A stretch of 64,000 nt of DNA. Source: Acidimicrobiales bacterium. GTDB taxonomy: Bacteria > Actinomycetota > Acidimicrobiia > Acidimicrobiales > JBBSGY01. The stretch is taken from the NCBI GenBank assembly GCA_044220495.1, contig JBGAQY010000002.1:88966-152965 (forward strand). The letters are read 5' to 3'. The notes under the pieces were generated by a model, which saw nothing but the letters and a program-made list of their open reading frames with translations, was not told the origin of the DNA and searched no databases. The position numbers and the translations under genes are program-made. Of the stretch, positions 63,162-64,000 are shown in pieces; positions within the stretch are counted from its first letter, which is position 1; the number at the start of each line of letters is the position of its first letter.

Positions 63162-63467
63162 TCAGTCGTCGGCGATGTCGACGGTGATGTTCTGACCGTC
63201 GCGCGCACCGATCGCACGAATAACGGTGCGAACAGCAATGGCAACGCGGCCACGCTTACCGATGATCTTGCCTTTGTCATCAATCGACACATGCACGCTC
63301 AAGGTTGTGCCTTGGGGTGTATCGATTGACTCAACAACGACGGACTCAGGGTCGTCGACGATCGACTTGGTGAGGTATTCGAGAACGGCGCGTGCTGAAC
63401 CACCAGAGATGGTGTTGCCTGCGTTGTCGTCGACTACCTCGTCAGCAACATTTCCGAAGTGGCTCAC
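63162..63467 (-). CDS. KH-domain RNA-binding protein (YlqC-like)
   Basis: Contains LSVHVSIDDKGKIIGKRGRVAIAVRTVI, with a GxxG KH motif. Sits between rpsP and rimM as expected. The N-terminal extent is uncertain. Confidence 0.8.
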   Translation of the reverse strand: MSHFGNVADEVVDDNAGNTISGGSARAVLEYLTKSIVDDPESVVVESIDTPQGTTLSVHVSIDDKGKIIGKRGRVAIAVRTVIRAIGARDGQNITVDIADD

Positions 63468-63907
63468 GCTTCGCCAGCTTCTGCGTCAGCAACCGGTTCG
63501 GCCTCAGCAGCGGCCTCGGCGGCTGGTTCGGCGGCTGGTTCGGCTTCGGGCTCAGAAGAAGCAGCAGCAGGCGCGGCTGCGGCGGGCTCTTCCTTCGTCT
63601 TAGGTGCCTTGGCTGGACGAGCCTTGGCCTTCTTCGCGGCAGCAGTCTTGGCGGCGGCTTCGCCGGTGAGAATGCCCGAAAGCTCGAGAAGCTTCTGCAC
63701 TCGCGGCGTCGGCTGCGCGCCATTGGCAATCCACTTCAATGCTTTCTCGCCATCGATGTTTACGCCCGAAGGCTCGAGACGCGGCTCATAGGTGCCGAGT
63801 TGGTCGATGAAACGACCGTTGCGCGGTGAACGCGAATCTGAAGCAACAACGCGGTAGGTCGGTTGCTTGGTCTTGCCCATTCGCATGAGGCGAAGTTTTA
63901 CGGCCAC
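63464..63907 (-). CDS. rpsP: 30S ribosomal protein S16 with an A/E/P-rich C-terminal extension
   Basis: Starts MAVKLRLMRMGKTKQPTYRVVASDSRSPRNGRFIDQLGTYEP. The tail is AAKKAKARPAKAPKTKEEPAAAAPAAASSEPEAEPAAE.... Confidence 0.95.
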   Translation of the reverse strand: MAVKLRLMRMGKTKQPTYRVVASDSRSPRNGRFIDQLGTYEPRLEPSGVNIDGEKALKWIANGAQPTPRVQKLLELSGILTGEAAAKTAAAKKAKARPAKAPKTKEEPAAAAPAAASSEPEAEPAAEPAAEAAAEAEPVADAEAGEA

Positions 63908-64000
63908 TTACTTAACTCCTGTTTGTTTGAGAAGGCTTCTCGTAGAAGTACAACTGAGCGCCCACCGACATCTAGTGCTTGGCACCAGCCGACGGCGGAA

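Overview
This 64-kb window comes from a high-GC, Actinomycetota-type chromosome. The assignment rests on gene order and the presence of DUF2469, WhiG and a Rip1-type protease. I did not compute composition.

The backbone is the conserved actinobacterial housekeeping stretch, almost all on the minus strand. In window order it reads:
- rimO (partial), thrB, ftsK, rnj
- dapB, pepR, pnp, rpsO, ribF, truB, rbfA
- infB, ylxR, nusA, rimP
- ispG, rseP, dxr, cdsA, frr, tsf, rpsB
- M23 peptidase, GNAT, whiG, dprA, comM
- gluABCD
- yraN, DUF2469, rplS, trmD, rimM, KH protein, rpsP

Several accessory insertions interrupt this backbone.

1. **T7SS-like island, 9.86-17.28 kb, mostly plus strand.** This is the most interesting region. 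It encodes a 1438-aa FHA-containing EssC/EccC-like triple FtsK ATPase and a divergent WXG100 protein. These are followed by a translationally coupled operon of three genes: a 94-aa helical partner ending in YxxxD, a 576-aa WXG-type N-terminal domain fused to a calpain-like (peptidase C2) cysteine protease, and a lipoprotein that is a putative immunity or inhibitor protein. No other T7SS core membrane genes are visible nearby.
2. **Envelope and lipid-carrier module, about 10 kb (24.8-34.7 kb), splitting infB from rbfA.** It contains a NYN protein, an overlapping DedA-PAP2 pair, a PepSY protein, a flippase-like LPG-synthase-TM protein, an OmpR/HK two-component system, a DUF347 protein, a second DedA, a GNAT and an orphan 382-aa ORF.
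3. **DUF559/AbiEi-like cassette between rimM and trmD**, bracketed by two related long palindromes.
4. **Repeat-rich intergenic DNA.** There is a dispersed element with 19-bp inverted arms at 34.5 and 50.8 kb, a tandem duplication at 34.4-34.7 kb, and a tandem array of about 50-66 bp units at 53.1-53.3 kb.

Other oddities:
- ylxR sits in frame directly after the nusA stop, with no canonical start codon ahead of its conserved RTCVGCR motif.
- pyrH, xerC, lepB/rnhB and dapA are absent from their usual positions.
- A 748-aa protein combines a zinc ribbon, an E/R/A-repeat region and a TM segment.
- CdsA carries an acidic N-terminal extension of about 290 aa.

I found no rRNA, tRNA, CRISPR array, transposase or integrase. 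All calls are made by eye from the ORF translations and the raw sequence. No database search was run.
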